A model generated the notes under the pieces. The model was not told the DNA's origin. It worked only from the letters and a program-made list of their open reading frames with translations, and did not search any database. A DNA stretch of 64,000 nt, from positions 832,001-896,000 of the forward strand of contig OZ242010.1 in NCBI GenBank assembly GCA_965204745.1, in the 5' to 3' direction. Made by a program: the position numbers and the translations under genes. Below are positions 49,537 through 58,885 of this stretch, piece by piece. How positions within the stretch are numbered: the first letter of the stretch is position 1; each line of letters opens with the position of its first letter. Source of the stretch: Candidatus Latescibacterota bacterium (GTDB lineage: Bacteria; Latescibacterota; UBA2968).

Positions 49537-50559
49537 ATGAGATCCTATTCCCGCATCGCATTGGTGATCATCGCTGCATGGATAGCTCTGGGTGCATCGG
49601 ACGATAAAAAAATGAAATACCATCCCGGTCATTACGTGGCGATTCAAGCCTCGGAAAAGGTGGAAGAGATTCGGCATCTCGATGAGCGTGCCGTGCGCGG
49701 GGTGATCAAGCGATATACATGGAGGCGGTTGGAGCCCGAGCAGGGCAAGTATAACTTCGCGGCGATTGCGCGAGATCTCGACTTTCTCGCGGCACGCGAC
49801 AAGCAACTCATCGCGTTTGTCATCGACAAATCCTTCGGCCCATACCCGGTCTTGCCGGCGTATCTGGCGCGTTACAAATTGCAAGGCGAAGGCGACGGTG
49901 TTTGCGCCATGCGCTGGGACCCATTTGTAATTGACCGCTTGACCGCATTGGGCCGCGCACTCGGCGAGGCGTTTGACGCGCATTCCCATTTTGAAGGCGT
50001 TGCGGTGCAAGAATCCGCGCTCGGTATTCCGATAGATGTCGCCAGAGAAAACGGGTACACGCCCGAAAAATACAAAACCGCGCTGATCGATATTTTGATC
50101 GGCCTGAAGGGAAATATGCCGCACAGTCAGGTGTTTTGGTACATGAACTTCCTGCCCGAAAAACAGGAGGGCTTGCGCGAGATCGCCCAAGCCATTGTCC
50201 CGCATCAAATCGCCATGGGCGGCCCGGACATCTTGCCCCATCGCAAATACATGGCGCGGGTCTCCTATCCCCTGTACAAAGCGTTCAAGGACGAACTCCC
50301 CCTGTTTTGCTCGGCGCAAAATGACTCGTACAAGCACCACAAAAACGACGCGAACAACCAGACCAAAAACCAAGTTGAAGTCCACATAGAGGGGTATCTT
50401 TCAATGGAAGACATTTTCCTCTTTGCCCGCGACAGCCTGTACGTGGATTACGTGTTCTGGCAACACAAGTACGAAAAAACCGATCCGAAAGAGCGCGATT
50501 TCGATGATGCTATCGAAGTGATCCGCAACTATCCGACATTTGAAAAAACGCATGACTAG
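49537..50559 (+). CDS. Secreted protein, possible TIM-barrel glycoside hydrolase-like fold
   Basis: Signal peptide; W..LEPE.G.YNF and P.YL motifs seen in GH-A-like proteins. Confidence 0.55.
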   Translation: MRSYSRIALVIIAAWIALGASDDKKMKYHPGHYVAIQASEKVEEIRHLDERAVRGVIKRYTWRRLEPEQGKYNFAAIARDLDFLAARDKQLIAFVIDKSFGPYPVLPAYLARYKLQGEGDGVCAMRWDPFVIDRLTALGRALGEAFDAHSHFEGVAVQESALGIPIDVARENGYTPEKYKTALIDILIGLKGNMPHSQVFWYMNFLPEKQEGLREIAQAIVPHQIAMGGPDILPHRKYMARVSYPLYKAFKDELPLFCSAQNDSYKHHKNDANNQTKNQVEVHIEGYLSMEDIFLFARDSLYVDYVFWQHKYEKTDPKERDFDDAIEVIRNYPTFEKTHD

Positions 50560-51057
50560 GTCGTGTTAACATTTTATTTTTTTTCCTGACATTAGGCACA
50601 GATTAGTAAATGTGTTGCTTGCTCATTTAATGCGTTTGGTCATACAGCCTCGTTGGTTGCTTTCGATGCCTTCGGCGACTTACTTTTTTTCAACAGCAAA
50701 AAAAAGTAAGCAAAAAATGCCGCTCTCAAACGCCGAGAGGCTTGCACAGCGCAAATCGCTTTTGTAGCAGTACGACATGAGACAGCCTGCAAAGTGGGTT
50801 GCAAGATGGATGTGGGTTGCCAATGGACTTGCGCGCTGTGCGTGATGGCTTGATCGGAGGGGTTTTGCGAGGGCACTTGTTGGGATGCCTTCTTTGAACT
50901 GCGGAACGTCAGTGAATACGATGCAACAAAAGGCGAGAAAGTTGAAGGAGCGATTGTCCGAGTTTCTCAAACCGAGAGCATATTCTGCGATAGGGCTTGA
51001 TTTTCTCGACAAACCACTCAAGCTAGTTGCATGGCTCGTGAATGTCAACACAACCTA
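50557..51057. mobile_element. MITE-like element at a CTAG site, with a different interior
   Basis: CTAGGTCGTGTTAACATTT ... AATGTCAACACAACCTAG. Confidence 0.8.
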
Positions 51058-51180
51058 GACGAACCTCACCCGGCCCGCCTACCAAGTGGTCAGTCCCCGC
51101 CTCGCCACCCCAAAACCGCTAAGGTCTTCGATTCATCGATGAACTGTTGCCCCGTAAATGCGCTACAAAGGAGAACCTTC

Positions 51181-52515
51181 ATGGCTGTTAATTTGAACGA
51201 CGTTCGGAAACACGACTTGAATCACGTCTGGCATCCGCTGATGCAACACGCGGGCAGGCGCGAAGACGACCTGCTGGTGATCGTGTCCGCAGATGGATGC
51301 GAGGTCACGGATGCGGCGGGCAAGACCTATCTCGATGCGTATGGCGGGATATGGAACGTCAATGTCGGATATGGACGCGATGAGATCGTCGAAGCCGTTT
51401 ACGAACAAATGAAAACCCTCGCGTTTTACCCCATCACGCAGATCAACGCGCCCGCGGCCCAACTCGCCGCGCGCTTGGCCGAACTGTTGCCGGGGGACCT
51501 CGACTATTTCTTTTTTGTCAACAGCGGTTCAGAGGCGAATGAAACCGCGATCAAAGTGGCCCGCCAATACGGCCGCGCCATGTATCCGGGTGAAAACCGC
51601 TTTAAGATCATCAGCCGGTATCAGGGCTATCACGGCTTCACGATGGGCGCGATGTCCGCAACCGGACAGGTGAGACGGCGCGCGCCTTTTGAACCCTTGG
51701 CACCGGGATTCATCCACATGGAATTGCCCACGCCCACAGCACATGGCGCAGACGCCATTGCCCGCGTGATCGAACGCGAAGGCCCGGACACGGTCGCGGC
51801 TGTCCTATCTGAACCCGTTGTCGGTGGGGGCGGCGTGCATGTCCCGCCGGATGATTATTTTCCCGCGTTGCGCGACGTGTGCGACCGGTACGGGTGTTTG
51901 CTGATTTTTGACGAGGTGATCACCGGCTTTGGACGCACCGGCAAATTGTTTGCCGCCGAACACTGGGATGTCGTGCCGGACGTGATGACCATTGCCAAAG
52001 GCGTGTCGAGCGGGTACCTGCCCTTGGGCGCGTGCGCGGTTACGGAAAAGGTCTGGTCCGCATTTCTCGGGGAGCCGGATGAGGGCAAGGAATTTTCGCA
52101 GGTGTCCACGTACGGCGGGCATCCCGCCTGTTGCGCGGCCGCGCTGGCCAATCTCGAAATTTTGACCCGCGAACGCCTGTGGGAAAACGCAGAGGCCGTG
52201 GGCGCGCACTTATTAAACCGACTCAAAGCCCTGTCTTCGCCGCTCGTCAAAGACGTCAGAGGCATCGGCTTGATGCTCGCGGTGGAACTTCAAAACGAGG
52301 ATGGATCCGAACTCGATAGCGAGAGAACCAAAAAATTCGGCAACGCGCTTCGATCCGCCGGCGTGATCACCGGCAAAATGAGCCACGTCATGGCCGGGTC
52401 AGAGCCGGTATTCACCCTGTCGCCCCCGCTCATTTTAACCCATGAGCAGGCCGACCGAATTGCCAGTGCGTTTGTCACTGCGCTGCGATCCATAAGCCAA
52501 AGGAAACCGCGATGA
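51181..52515 (+). CDS. Class III PLP aminotransferase
   Basis: NSGSEANE, YHG, EPV, FDEVITGFGRTG, AKG, TYGGHP. Confidence 0.95.
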   Translation: MAVNLNDVRKHDLNHVWHPLMQHAGRREDDLLVIVSADGCEVTDAAGKTYLDAYGGIWNVNVGYGRDEIVEAVYEQMKTLAFYPITQINAPAAQLAARLAELLPGDLDYFFFVNSGSEANETAIKVARQYGRAMYPGENRFKIISRYQGYHGFTMGAMSATGQVRRRAPFEPLAPGFIHMELPTPTAHGADAIARVIEREGPDTVAAVLSEPVVGGGGVHVPPDDYFPALRDVCDRYGCLLIFDEVITGFGRTGKLFAAEHWDVVPDVMTIAKGVSSGYLPLGACAVTEKVWSAFLGEPDEGKEFSQVSTYGGHPACCAAALANLEILTRERLWENAEAVGAHLLNRLKALSSPLVKDVRGIGLMLAVELQNEDGSELDSERTKKFGNALRSAGVITGKMSHVMAGSEPVFTLSPPLILTHEQADRIASAFVTALRSISQRKPR

Positions 52516-52976
52516 TCAATGCCACCCTTTGCTACGTCAGAAACGGCGACAAAACCCTGATGCTGCACCGCGTCAAAAAGGAAAACGACATCCACGAAGG
52601 CAAATGGAATGGCTTGGGCGGCAAAATGGAACCGGGGGAAACGCCCGAGGAATGCGTGATTCGGGAAGTGCGCGAGGAAAGCGGCCTGCACATTCAAGAC
52701 CCCGCGTTGCGCGGCGTGCTGATGTTTCCAGAATTTGACGGCAACGACGACTGGCTGGCCTTTGTCTTTACCGCGCACACATTCACGGGCGAACTCATCA
52801 ACTCGACCGAAGGCGTCCTGAAATGGATCGACAATGCGGATCTCTTGGGCCTCAATCTTTGGGAAGGCGACAAAATTTTTCTTCAATGGCTGGAGCGCGA
52901 TGCGTTTTTCTCGGGCAAATTCACGTACAAAAACAAACGCCTGATCGATCACCAAGTCGCGTTTCACACGTTTTAG
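52512..52976 (+). CDS. Nudix hydrolase (MutX/MTH1-like 8-oxo-dGTPase)
   Basis: WNGLGGKMEPGETPEECVIREVREESGL. Confidence 0.9.
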   Translation: MINATLCYVRNGDKTLMLHRVKKENDIHEGKWNGLGGKMEPGETPEECVIREVREESGLHIQDPALRGVLMFPEFDGNDDWLAFVFTAHTFTGELINSTEGVLKWIDNADLLGLNLWEGDKIFLQWLERDAFFSGKFTYKNKRLIDHQVAFHTF

Positions 52977-52989
52977 GGCAGGGCGCGTT

Positions 52990-53406
52990 ATGAACAAACC
53001 CATTGTTGTGTACGATGGCGAATGTCGGTTTTGCATCTGGAGCGTTCGCCGCATCAAAAAAAAAGACAACCGCGATCAGTTTGATTATTTGCCCCGGCAG
53101 ACGCAGGGGATTGAAGACCATTTCCCCAAGTTGGCCGAGTCGGATTTCAACACCGGCATGCGCTTGGTGATGAGCCACGCGGAGATTTACGTGGGCGCGG
53201 ATGCCGTGTATCAAATTTATCGCAGGCTCCCCCCGTTCCATCTGCTCGCATGGCTGTATCGCGTGCCGGGGTTGCATCTCCTCTTCCGCGCTGGCTACGC
53301 GCTGATCGCGCGCTATCGCCACCTGTCCGGGCGCGTGGCGTGCGATACCGGAACGTGCGAATTATCTTATGGCGAGCGAGCAAAAAAAGAAAATCAAACG
53401 GCTTGA
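52990..53406 (+). CDS. DCC1-like (DUF393) thiol-disulfide oxidoreductase
   Basis: YDGECRFC, GADA, Y.LIAR.R. Confidence 0.9.
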   Translation: MNKPIVVYDGECRFCIWSVRRIKKKDNRDQFDYLPRQTQGIEDHFPKLAESDFNTGMRLVMSHAEIYVGADAVYQIYRRLPPFHLLAWLYRVPGLHLLFRAGYALIARYRHLSGRVACDTGTCELSYGERAKKENQTA

Positions 53407-53522
53407 CTTGGGGTACTGAAGTCGGTATTTTTTGCAATACCTGACCAATCGTCCGTGCAATGCAACAGCGACGACGGAAAGCGATTGGCGCACTCACAAC
53501 CACGCCAAAAAAAGGAGACAAA

Positions 53523-53966
53523 ATGGCGACAGCGATTGAGGAATTACAAGCGCAGCAGAACGCTTTTCAGGCGCGGCAAGCGGATTTCGAGCAGGGCCAA
53601 GGCGCGCTCAAAAAAGGGCAAGAGGCCACTGAAAAAGCGATTGCCGAAGTCAAGGCAGATGTCAAAGCGATCAAAGTAGAACAGATCGAATTGCGCGAAC
53701 GTCAAGCCGTTGTCGAAGCGCAATATCAACAGATCTTGGCTATCCTGTCTGATATTAAACGCGAGATCGCTGAGACAAAACGCGAGATCGCCGAATTGAG
53801 GACGGAAACAAAACACGAGATCGCCGCATTGGAAACCAAGGTGCAACGCGAGATCGCCGAGACAAAACGCGAGATCGCCGCGTTGAAGAGCGATATGAAA
53901 TGGTTTTTCGGAGCGATTGTGGTGCTCGCTGGTCTCGTGCTTGCCGCGCTCAAACTCTTTCAATAA
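53523..53966 (+). CDS. Coiled-coil protein with C-terminal membrane anchor
   Basis: KREIAET repeats then MKWFFGAIVVLAGLV; GGAG RBS; TTGACT-17-TATTTT at 53403. Confidence 0.8.
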   Translation: MATAIEELQAQQNAFQARQADFEQGQGALKKGQEATEKAIAEVKADVKAIKVEQIELRERQAVVEAQYQQILAILSDIKREIAETKREIAELRTETKHEIAALETKVQREIAETKREIAALKSDMKWFFGAIVVLAGLVLAALKLFQ

Positions 53967-53993
53967 TGCGAATCCACTCTAAAGGCAGGTGAC

Positions 53994-54269
53994 ATGATGG
54001 CGACAGGCGAAGCGCAATATCAACAGATCTTGGCTATCCTGTCTGATATTAAACGTGAGATCGCTGAGATAAAACACGAGATCGCCGAATCGAGAACCGA
54101 AATAAAACGCGAGATCGCTGAGACAAAACGCGAGATAAAACGCGAGATCGCCGAATCGAGAGCCGGGATAAAACGCGAAATAGCTGACTTGAGAACCGAT
54201 ATGAGATGGTGTTTCGGGTCTTTTGTCGTGCTGGCTGGTCTCATACTCGCCGCGTTCAAACTCTTTTAG
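53994..54269 (+). CDS. Shorter tandem paralog of the preceding coiled-coil/TM protein
   Basis: Shared EAQYQQILAILSDIKREIAE and C-terminus. Confidence 0.7.
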   Translation: MMATGEAQYQQILAILSDIKREIAEIKHEIAESRTEIKREIAETKREIKREIAESRAGIKREIADLRTDMRWCFGSFVVLAGLILAAFKLF

Positions 54270-54844
54270 TAATCGGAATTTTGGAATTTGTCATGACGAG
54301 ATATGGTCACATCTCAACTGACGCGATACCCGTTCCCCGTGTGTCTGACGCGATGCGCGATTGGTGGCATGTCCCTGTGTGGCTTTGCTGACGGGTTTTT
54401 GTCGTTTGTTTCTGAATCTCCTGAGTGTACCGCCGTCAGCTTATTGATGGCGGTTTTTTTTTAGTGGACGAATGTATCGAGCCATCGACCGAGGATAGAA
54501 CGATGTTTTTGCATGCATTGACAGCACGGTTGAACGCAAATGGACGCTGGTGGTGGTCGAGCGCGAGGGGAGATGTCTGTCCACCACCGGATATCTGGCG
54601 ATCTGTGGTTGCACCGCGCGCTACCGGAAGGTGGCGCGTATTTTTTTTGGGAAAAGCGATTTGGTATTCAGCCCTGCTGACAACTTGAGGATAACGCACC
54701 CGGCGGAGCGGCGGTGGAGAGGATGGGCACGCACTTGGGCGGCGGAGCGGAGGCAGGATGGGCACGCACGGGCGGATGGGGAGGATGAGCAGGGCACGCA
54801 CAGGGCGGCGGGGTGGATGGGTGGCCTAACAACTGGAGTCCAAA

Positions 54845-55582
54845 ATGAGCCGCACAATTGTTTTGACAGGTGATCGCCCAACAGGCAAAATGCACTTGGG
54901 TCATGATGTTGGGGCGTTGAAGAATCGGTTTGAAATGCAGGACGAGTTTCAGTGCTTTTTCATGATTGCCGATTACCAGGCCCTGACGACGCATCAGGGC
55001 CGCGCAGGGGATTTGGCAACGCACGTCAGAGATATGGTGCTGGATTATCTGGCCGCGGGTTTTGACCCGGAGAAAAGCGCGTGTTTTTTGCAATCGCAGG
55101 TGCCGCAACTCGCAGAATTGACCGTGATTTTCTCGAATTTGGTGACACTGCCGTGTTTGCTCCGCAATCCAACCCTCAAGGAAGAGGTGGAGAAGATGGG
55201 GTTGGGCAAGCGTGCGACGTATGGGTTTGTGGGCTATCCCGTGTCCCAAGCAGCGGATATTTTGCTGTTCCGCCCGCAATACGTGCCGGTGGGGCAGGAT
55301 CAACGCCCCCATATCGAACTGGCGCGGGAAGTGGCTGCGCGATTTAATCGCACGTATGGCGAGGTTTTTCCCATGCCCACGGGCGTTTATGGCACGCTAC
55401 GAAGGGGTGCGGATGCTCAGATGACGGCATTCCGGAATCGCCGCGAGGCGTTTGAAAAACAGCCCGATTTGGTGCGCGATATTTTGAACCTGGGCAGTGC
55501 AAAAGCGCGCATTGAAGGCCAACGCACCCTGGAAAGCGTCAAGGAGGCAATGGGGATGGGATACGAGTTTTTGATGGGATGA
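54845..55582 (+). pseudogene. trpS: Tryptophanyl-tRNA synthetase homolog with in-frame deletion removing KMSKS
   Basis: TGDRPTGKMHLGH, YPVSQAADIL, VPVGQDQRPHIE; only 245 aa, no KMSKS. Confidence 0.8.
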
Positions 55583-55887
55583 GCCCGGTTTTGGCATGCG
55601 ATGCGCGGGGAATGCGTTATTTTATCGAGACGAGTTGGGCTATTATCTTGAATGTTTTGAGACGCGCCGCGTACTTCCGCCAAGCGCGCAATGGCGTTTA
55701 TATTCGCATGGCGCTGTTGCAGATGGTGCTGGAGGCATGAACAATTCTGGAACTTCCCTAAATTCCCCTGCGTCTTAAATCAATGCCATGTACAACCACT
55801 GAGGAGGGAGAAAGGAGGTCGCTTGGAAATCGCCAGCAGTGTCGTTTGAATGTTTTTTGTCGTTCACATGCCAATGGAGGAAGCATT

Positions 55888-58872
55888 ATGCGCGTTTTTG
55901 CAAAGTGGTTTTTTCCCCTGATGGTCTATGTCGGGGTTTGCGCGTCTCAAGCACTCGCAGCCAATGGCAAAATTTCAGGGGTCGTAACAGATCGAAGTTC
56001 TGGCGAAGCCATTCCCGGAGCCAACGTGACAACCGCAGTTGGCGGCGCGACTGTGGGCGCGACCACAGATGCGAATGGGCGGTATTTCCTGCTCAACCTC
56101 GCGCCGGGAACCTATGCGGTGAAGGCCAGCATCATCGGGTATGGCCCGGTGGAAAAAACAGATGTTCGCGTGCGGCAAGACTTGACCACGCAGGTCGATT
56201 TCGCCTTGTCCGAACAGAGCATCCAAGCCGAGGCCATCACTGTGGTGGCCGAGCGTCCGCTCGTCGAGAAAAGCCTCACGTCCAGCCGCACGAGCATTGA
56301 CGTGTCCGAGATCAACAACACCATGCCCGTGACCGATTTGGCGGATTTGATCGACACATCGCCCAGTGTTTTTCGCGGGTTTGTGCGCGGCGGGCGCAAG
56401 TCCGAATCGAAAATATTGGTGGATGGCATCGACGTGTCGGATACCTATTTCCGCGCAGGCGAAGGCACCAGCGTTTGGAGCCCCTACACCTCGACCAACC
56501 GGTCGCAAGACGGCGAATTTGGCGTGGGGATCAACGCGAGTTCCGTGCAGTCGCTCGACATCATCTCAGGGACGTTCAATGCCGAATACGACGCGGCCAG
56601 CGCGGGCGTGATCAATGTGGTGACGCGCGAAGGCGGGGAACGCCTCGAAGGCCGGCTCTTTGTCCGATCCGGGCAGGGCGTCAAAAATGCCGGCCCGGAC
56701 GTGTTCAACAACAGCTTTGCCTCGGGCGAGGGCACGTCGAGCCTCATGCAAACATATCTCAACGAGCGCGAAACCCTGCTCAACTCGGGCGATGAGGCCA
56801 ATCGCCTCAAAGCCACCGAGGTCTATACGTTCACGAGTGACCAAACCGAGTACGGCAATGCCCGACCCGTCGAAGCCGAGTTCTCACTCGGCGGCCCCAT
56901 GGGGCGCGTGGGCGGGTTTTATCTCACGACGCGCTACAACAAGGCGCGGGCGTACATGCCCAATGAATACCACCTGTCGATCCGCCACTCCCTCAAGTTG
57001 ACCTTCAGGCCCAGCGAATCGGGCAAGCTCACCGGCAGTTTGATGGTGGATGACGGCGGCAAATTGGGCGGGTGGACGAACCGAGATTTTTCGCCGCGCT
57101 ACATTTTTTATTTGCCGGGGTACTCGGGCAACAAAAAGCTCGGCACGATGGGCTATTTGAGTTGGACGCACTCGCTTTCGCCTCGCACGTTCTACGAGGT
57201 GAAGGTGTCCCAACTCAACCGCACCAGCGAGTTTGGCTATTCCGACGACGACAACGACGGGTTTGTCGAAGTGGGTGAAGATGGCGACTTCATCGTGCTC
57301 ACCTCGTCTGCCGAGTCCGACAAGTACTTGGGCGTCAATGGTTCGGCCGTGCTCGCCGACGGCCGTCGATCCTTTTTCTCGCCGGATCCGGGCAATGAGA
57401 AATACTTCAACCTGACATTTGGCAACAACCGCTTCCGCTCGGGGCAACCCGGCTTTTACTACGAGGATTTGGATCGCAATGTGTTTCAAATCAAGGGCGA
57501 CCTCACCAGTCAGGTGAATTACCACCATCAGGTCAAAGCCGGCATTTTGTATCGCTATCACACCGTGTCGCAGTTCCAGCAGCGCACGCAAGTCAAGGTG
57601 ATCTACGACAATTTGTTCCCGTTTGAGACCACCGAATACACGGTGCATCCAAAGGAATACGCCGTTTATGTGCAAGACCGCATCGAGTACGAAGGCATCA
57701 TCATCAACGGCGGCGTGCGCCTCGACGCGTTTGACGTGGGCGTGACCAATTTCACGGATTTCTTCAACCCGTCTGAAGAAACCACCCTGGCCAACGGGCA
57801 AAAGGTGCGCCAGCAACTCCGCGGCGAATCCGTGGATCTGAAGTGGTTTTTCCAGCCGCGCTTGGGCATTTCCCACCCGATTACCGAAAATGCCGCGATG
57901 CACTATTCGTGGGGCAAGTTCTATTCCCCGCCCGCATTTTCCTACCTCTACGACAATTTCGGCGTGTTTGCCAACCCGTCCCTGCCCTTTGTGGTGGATG
58001 TGGATGCCGAACCCGTGCAGGCCACGGCCTACGAGATGGGCATTCAATACGGGTTTGACCGCAACCACCTCATCGACGTGACCGGGTATTACCGCGACAT
58101 CGAAAATTACGGGCGGATCGGCTATGCGATCAACCCAGATCAGGCGGGCAACCCGGGCTTTGGGTCCTACACGTTCCAAACCAGCTTTGGCTATGCCGAC
58201 GCGCGCGGCGTGGAATTTGCCCTCGAGCGCCGGGCCGGCAGCCCCTATTTTTCTGGGCGCGTGAATTACGCGTACAGCTATATCAAAGCCGCGGCCAATG
58301 CGGGTAGCACCTCCCATGTGCCGGATAAGACCTCGTATTCTGCGGTGAACGATACGGAAATCCCATTCGCCGACCGGCACACGTTCAACACGTACGAGCA
58401 AAATGTGAATGGCGGCGACAATGCGTTGATCGGCGGGTACGACCGCAAGCACCGCTTTGGCTTGACCCTGACCGCGGATTTCTCCACGCTCACCCCAAGC
58501 GCGGGCGATCAGTTGTCGCTGACGGGCATTACCGCGCTCAACAGCGGCTTCTTTTTTCGCGTGCGAGAAACCACCGATGACCCGCGAGACCGCGAAGTCG
58601 ATGAAGGCCCGTGGACGTTTCGCACGGATTTGCGCTTGACTTACGGGTTCAAATTGGGCGAGCGATTGATGACCAGCGCGTTTTTTGAACTTCGCAATGT
58701 GTTCGACCGCGAGAATGTTCAAGCCTATTTGCGCGACACGAATAATGCGCGCAAGTTGTGGGAAGAAGAACGCGACCCCACCGGCGAACTCAATCTGCCG
58801 TTTGGCACGCAGGGGCGTTTGCTCTACGATATTCCGCGCGAAATGAATTTCGGCATCGCGGTGGATTTTTAA
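55888..58872 (+). CDS. TonB-dependent receptor with N-terminal carboxypeptidase-regulatory-like domain
   Basis: GKISGVV.D, VRGGR..E, GTFNAEY...GVINVVT, QPRLGISHP, terminal Phe. Confidence 0.93.
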   Translation: MRVFAKWFFPLMVYVGVCASQALAANGKISGVVTDRSSGEAIPGANVTTAVGGATVGATTDANGRYFLLNLAPGTYAVKASIIGYGPVEKTDVRVRQDLTTQVDFALSEQSIQAEAITVVAERPLVEKSLTSSRTSIDVSEINNTMPVTDLADLIDTSPSVFRGFVRGGRKSESKILVDGIDVSDTYFRAGEGTSVWSPYTSTNRSQDGEFGVGINASSVQSLDIISGTFNAEYDAASAGVINVVTREGGERLEGRLFVRSGQGVKNAGPDVFNNSFASGEGTSSLMQTYLNERETLLNSGDEANRLKATEVYTFTSDQTEYGNARPVEAEFSLGGPMGRVGGFYLTTRYNKARAYMPNEYHLSIRHSLKLTFRPSESGKLTGSLMVDDGGKLGGWTNRDFSPRYIFYLPGYSGNKKLGTMGYLSWTHSLSPRTFYEVKVSQLNRTSEFGYSDDDNDGFVEVGEDGDFIVLTSSAESDKYLGVNGSAVLADGRRSFFSPDPGNEKYFNLTFGNNRFRSGQPGFYYEDLDRNVFQIKGDLTSQVNYHHQVKAGILYRYHTVSQFQQRTQVKVIYDNLFPFETTEYTVHPKEYAVYVQDRIEYEGIIINGGVRLDAFDVGVTNFTDFFNPSEETTLANGQKVRQQLRGESVDLKWFFQPRLGISHPITENAAMHYSWGKFYSPPAFSYLYDNFGVFANPSLPFVVDVDAEPVQATAYEMGIQYGFDRNHLIDVTGYYRDIENYGRIGYAINPDQAGNPGFGSYTFQTSFGYADARGVEFALERRAGSPYFSGRVNYAYSYIKAAANAGSTSHVPDKTSYSAVNDTEIPFADRHTFNTYEQNVNGGDNALIGGYDRKHRFGLTLTADFSTLTPSAGDQLSLTGITALNSGFFFRVRETTDDPRDREVDEGPWTFRTDLRLTYGFKLGERLMTSAFFELRNVFDRENVQAYLRDTNNARKLWEEERDPTGELNLPFGTQGRLLYDIPREMNFGIAVDF

Positions 58873-58885
58873 TAAGGAGACAGGC

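Noticed and set aside
54690-54815. TIGR-like guide array
   Set aside because: Only three irregular units, no two-repeat architecture, no adjacent Nop-domain gene; kept only as a low-interest repeat.
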